Below are positions 60,566-64,000 of a stretch of DNA of 64,000 nucleotides, piece by piece. Position numbers and translations under genes: made by a program. Origin of the DNA: Verrucomicrobiota bacterium (GTDB taxonomy: Bacteria > Verrucomicrobiota > Verrucomicrobiia > Limisphaerales > Palsa-1400); the NCBI GenBank assembly GCA_049510745.1, contig JBEKYR010000019.1, positions 14,231 through 78,230 on the forward strand, written 5' to 3'. Position 1 is the stretch's first letter, and every line of letters begins with the position of its first letter. The notes under the pieces are model-generated. The model worked only from the letters and a program-made list of their open reading frames with translations, was not told where the DNA came from and did not search any database.

Positions 60566-62508
60566 GCGCGCCGGCTCCATCCTTCCTGGCGGACCAGGGG
60601 ATCAGACTCCTGCTCTTCGGCGGCAAGGGAGGAGTGGGAAAAACCTCGTGCGCCACGGCGACGGCGCTGCAACTGGCCAGAGACTCTCCCGGAACGGCTT
60701 TTCTTCTGGCCTCCACCGACCCGGCCCACTCGGTGATGGACAGTCTGGCGGGGGCAGTGCCGCCGTCCAATTTGCAGGTCATTGAATTGGACGCCCGGGA
60801 ATGTCTGGCCGCCTTCAAGTGCCGGCACGGCCCCAAGCTCTACGCCATTGCCTCGCGGGGGACCTTTCTCGACCACTACGACATCAGCCGCTTTTTGGAC
60901 CTTTCCCTGCCGGGGTTGGACGAACTGATGGCTTCGCTGGAAATCGCCGGCTGGGTCGCCGCCCGGCGTTACCAAACCATCGTGGTGGACACCGCGCCCA
61001 CCGGCCACACGCTCCGATTGCTGGCCATGCCCGCGTTGCTCCACAACTGGCTCGGAGCCCTGGACGCTTTGCTGGCCAAACACCGCTACATGAGACAGCT
61101 CTTCAGCGGCGCGGTTAATCGCGACGAGATTGATGTCTTCCTGGAGGAACTGGCCGGCTCTGTCAAACAGATGGAAGCCTTGCTCCGGGATTCCAGGCAG
61201 AGCCGGTTTGTGCCCGTGATGCTGGCCGAACAGATGAGCCTCGGCGAAACCCGCGCCCTGCTGGCGGAACTGCAACGCGCGCAGGTGCCGGTCAACGATA
61301 TTGTCGTCAACCGGCTGTTGCCGGAGAATGAATGCCCGGTTTGCGCGGACGGGCGCGTCCAGCAAAGCCGCATCTTGAATGAGATACTCAGCAGCCGCGA
61401 TTTGTCCCCGTACGCCTGGTGGGGCGTGCCCCTGTATCCGAAAGAAGTTTGCGGCGCCGACGGCCTGCTTGCGTTTTGGGGAGGATTGACGCGCCTGACC
61501 CGGATGCCGGTTTGTCCTGAAACGCCAATTCCCCCGAACCGTCCGCGGGTGGAAAGGGCGGCCCGCCCGCCCGGCGAACAATCGTTGCTGCTCTTCGCCG
61601 GCAAAGGCGGCGTGGGCAAGACCACCCTGGCCTGCGCCACCAGTGTGCGTTTGGCCCAGGACTCGCCCGCCCGCGAGGTGCTGCTTTTTTCCACCGACCC
61701 CGCCCACTCGCTGGCCGACTGCCTGGGAGCGCCGGTCGGCCCCGCGCCAAAACGGATTTGTCCCGGGCTGACGGCGCTGGAGATTGACGCCGAAGCCGAA
61801 TTTCGCGCCCTGAAGCAACTTTACAGCGAGGAGTTGCAGTCCTTCCTCAGCTCGCTCTTGCCGGAAATGGACCTGGCCTTTGACAGGGAAGCGATGGAAC
61901 GGATTGTGGACCTTTCGCCGCCAGGGCTGGACGAAGTCATGGCCCTGGCCCGCGTGATGGACCTCTGCGACCAACACCATTACCGCACCCTGGTGCTGGA
62001 CTCCGCGCCCACCGGGCATCTGATCCGGCTGCTGGAAACGCCGGAGTTGGTTGATTGCTGGTTGAAGGTCTTTTTTGGCCTGTTCCTCAAATACAAACAG
62101 ATTTTTCGCCTGCCCAAGGTGTCGCAACGGCTGGTGGAAATATCGAAAGCCCTCAAACGCCTGCGGGCGCTGCTGGCCGATCCGGCCCAGTGCGCCCTTT
62201 ACGGCGTGGCCATCCTCACGGAGATGGCCTTTGAAGAAACGAAAGACCTGTGGGCGGCCTGCCAGCGGATGCAGGTCAACGCGCCGTTGCTCTTCCTCAA
62301 TCTGGCCACGCCGCCGGGCGACTGCCGTTTGTGCTCCGCGCTCCGGCGCCAGGAATCTGTTATCGGACAAAAATTCCGGCGGGCGTTCCCCGCCGCGGCG
62401 CAAGTCGTGGTTTATCGGCGCGGGGAGCCTCGCGGTTTGGAGCGTTTGGGCGAACTCGGCCAGGAACTCTATGCCGCCCCAGTCACAACGGAGGCGAACC
62501 ATGCGTGA
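60562..62508 (+). CDS. Tandem ArsA/Get3-family ATPase
   Basis: Two GKGGVGKT, STDPAHS and D(T/S)APTGH halves; CPVC and CRLC. Confidence 0.92.
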   Translation: MSAPAPSFLADQGIRLLLFGGKGGVGKTSCATATALQLARDSPGTAFLLASTDPAHSVMDSLAGAVPPSNLQVIELDARECLAAFKCRHGPKLYAIASRGTFLDHYDISRFLDLSLPGLDELMASLEIAGWVAARRYQTIVVDTAPTGHTLRLLAMPALLHNWLGALDALLAKHRYMRQLFSGAVNRDEIDVFLEELAGSVKQMEALLRDSRQSRFVPVMLAEQMSLGETRALLAELQRAQVPVNDIVVNRLLPENECPVCADGRVQQSRILNEILSSRDLSPYAWWGVPLYPKEVCGADGLLAFWGGLTRLTRMPVCPETPIPPNRPRVERAARPPGEQSLLLFAGKGGVGKTTLACATSVRLAQDSPAREVLLFSTDPAHSLADCLGAPVGPAPKRICPGLTALEIDAEAEFRALKQLYSEELQSFLSSLLPEMDLAFDREAMERIVDLSPPGLDEVMALARVMDLCDQHHYRTLVLDSAPTGHLIRLLETPELVDCWLKVFFGLFLKYKQIFRLPKVSQRLVEISKALKRLRALLADPAQCALYGVAILTEMAFEETKDLWAACQRMQVNAPLLFLNLATPPGDCRLCSALRRQESVIGQKFRRAFPAAAQVVVYRRGEPRGLERLGELGQELYAAPVTTEANHA

Positions 62509-63094
62509 TTTCCCCCCCCAGCGAACCCGGCACATTTCCTTGTGCGAAGCCTTGGATCGCGTCCTGAACACCGGCGTCGTGGCGCTCGGCGACGTGACGT
62601 TGTCGGTGGCCGACGTGGACCTGATTTACCTGGGGCTGCAACTGGTCGTCACTTCCATTGAAAGCGGCCGGGAACTCGCTCCGGCAACCGCCGGGCCGCA
62701 ACTTGGCCCCGATTCGCGCGGCGGCCCGCGACTGATGCCAAGAGAGGAAAGGCCAGCCATTCCTGTAGTAGAGCGGCCCCCCGGCTCGTCTGTTTCCGGT
62801 GCCACTGGCGAAGAAACCGAACTCATTGCCGACGCCATTGCCAGCGCCGATTCCGACCGGAAAAAGAATGGGCTGGGGCAATTGGTTTTGACCTTGATGA
62901 AACTCCTTCACGAGCTGCTCAAACGCCAGGCCCTCCGGCGCATCGAAGGCGGCGCCCTCACCGCGGCCCAGATCGAGCGGATGGGCGTGACGCTCATGAA
63001 CCAAGCCCGCGAGATTGAGAGGCTGCGGAAAGATTTCGGCCTGCCGGAAGAAGACCTGAACCTCGACCTCGGCCCGCTGGGCAAACTGCTCTGA
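62501..63094 (+). CDS. gvpK: GvpA/GvpS-like domain fused to GvpK
   Basis: N-half LCEALDRVLNTGVVALGDVTLSVADVDL; C-half GLGQLVLTLMKLLHELLKRQALRR...LNLDLGPLGKLL. Confidence 0.85.
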   Translation: MRDFPPQRTRHISLCEALDRVLNTGVVALGDVTLSVADVDLIYLGLQLVVTSIESGRELAPATAGPQLGPDSRGGPRLMPREERPAIPVVERPPGSSVSGATGEETELIADAIASADSDRKKNGLGQLVLTLMKLLHELLKRQALRRIEGGALTAAQIERMGVTLMNQAREIERLRKDFGLPEEDLNLDLGPLGKLL

Positions 63095-63098
63095 CACC

Positions 63099-63431
63099 AT
63101 GACCTCGCAACGACACATCGAACATTCCACCAGCGGCGCCACCTTGGCCGACCTGCTCGAACGAATCCTGGATAAAGGCATCGTCATCGCCGGCGACATC
63201 AAGGTGAAGATCGTGGACATCGAGTTGCTGACCATCCAGATTCGGCTGCTGGTCTGTTCGGTTGACAAGGCCAAGGAGATCGGCGTGGATTGGTGGGTCA
63301 ATCACCCCGCTTTCAGCCGTCACCAGCAAGAGCAGCTCTCGGACTCCGTTTTCAAGCTCGAAGAACGGCTGGCCCGGATCGAGACGCGCTTGCCCGCCCC
63401 GGCTCCAGCCGGTTCTCCCAAGGCGCCATGA
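63099..63431 (+). CDS. gvpJ: GvpJ (GvpA-family) protein
   Basis: [19 protein letters not shown]...LLVCSVDKAKEIGVDWW. Confidence 0.88.
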   Translation: MTSQRHIEHSTSGATLADLLERILDKGIVIAGDIKVKIVDIELLTIQIRLLVCSVDKAKEIGVDWWVNHPAFSRHQQEQLSDSVFKLEERLARIETRLPAPAPAGSPKAP

Positions 63432-63578
63432 TGCCGCCACCGGCGCCGGAGATTTTTTCTTCTTGTCATTTTTTCAAAAGCCCGGGCCGGCTATTTGCCG
63501 CCGCGCTTGCCGTTGTTCTCCCCTGCCCTTTTGCCGTTTCCTTCTCAAGAAACCACTGATGAGAAATGCGGGCTAATA

Positions 63579-63785
63579 TAGGGAGCGCCGGCCAGGGAAC
63601 CAATTCCCTAGAAGGCCGCCGGCGGGCCGCGGCTGAATCTGAAAACCGGCGGAAAGCCCAATGAATGGAACGGCATCGCCAGGCGGCGGCAGTCTCCCCC
63701 CGACATGGCATGACCTATGCGCAAGCAACGGGCGAGAACGATTCCAGGTTTCCTTGAAGGGTCATAAGTGAGCGAAACATCAAAA
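63579..63785 (+). promoter_or_regulatory. Second copy of the gvpA upstream block with a sigma-54 promoter
   Basis: Colinear with 57011-57217; GGGAACCAATTCCC, and TGGCATGACCTATGC at 63706-63720. Confidence 0.85.
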
Positions 63786-63887
63786 TCAAAGAATGTGAAA
63801 CGCCCGGTTCAACCAAGCTGCATTCTTCCGCCCATGCCGCACCCGCCTGTTCGTATAACGACTGCTAAGAGAACATTAACCACACGT

Positions 63888-64000
63888 ATGAAAATTACCG
63901 CCCTAAAAAGACAAACGCGTCGATATGCGCTCAACCAGATTGAATTGCCGGCAGGAAGACCGGAACCCGTCCACGCTGACCGGCGCCAAGTGCCGACCGA
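63888..64000 (+). CDS. Possible ORF start (MKITALKRQTRRY...), truncated by the window end
   Basis: ATG after an A-rich leader; open to the end of the window; too short to assign. Confidence 0.3.
   Translation, partial: MKITALKRQTRRYALNQIELPAGRPEPVHADRRQVPT

Noticed and set aside
60562-62508. Arsenic resistance operon
   Set aside because: No arsR, arsB/acr3, arsC or arsD nearby, and the gene overlaps gvpG and gvpK.
1-64000. Genome-wide UGA reassignment (Trp or Gly)
   Set aside because: Many well-defined genes (selA, selB, proB, activase) end at TGA at their expected C-termini, often in ATGA overlaps.

Overview
GC-rich bacterial window. Secreted proteins with STNL..W..(F/Y)FR-type C-termini and the intergenic repeat style suggest Verrucomicrobiota of the Pedosphaera/Limisphaerales type (inference). 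There are three blocks. (1) ~1-29 kb is a selenium locus. A translationally coupled run of three 2-hydroxyacyl-CoA dehydratase/double-cubane-family proteins, a SAM methyltransferase and their ATP-dependent activator precedes selA, selB and an extended selD, with tRNA-Sec (selC) nearby. The main finding is three ORFs that the ORF track stops at an in-frame UGA but that look like unannotated selenoproteins: two exported paralogs with FEFG-U-G-x-x-C-S-x-S-W-R, and a small membrane protein ending C-P-T-U. Each UGA is followed by a hairpin whose (A/G)UGGC loop starts exactly 21 nt downstream, a candidate SECIS with compensatory stem changes. (2) ~29-49 kb holds mixed secreted, carbohydrate and housekeeping genes (LamG protein, GH106, sugar isomerase, proB, mazG, M29 aminopeptidase, LysR), two degenerate signalling proteins, an orphan nuclease, a RES-Xre toxin-antitoxin pair and REP-like palindromes. 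(3) ~49.5-64 kb is a large sigma-54-controlled gas vesicle cluster whose ~205-bp promoter/enhancer block is duplicated at the window end. All family calls come from motif recognition, not database searches.
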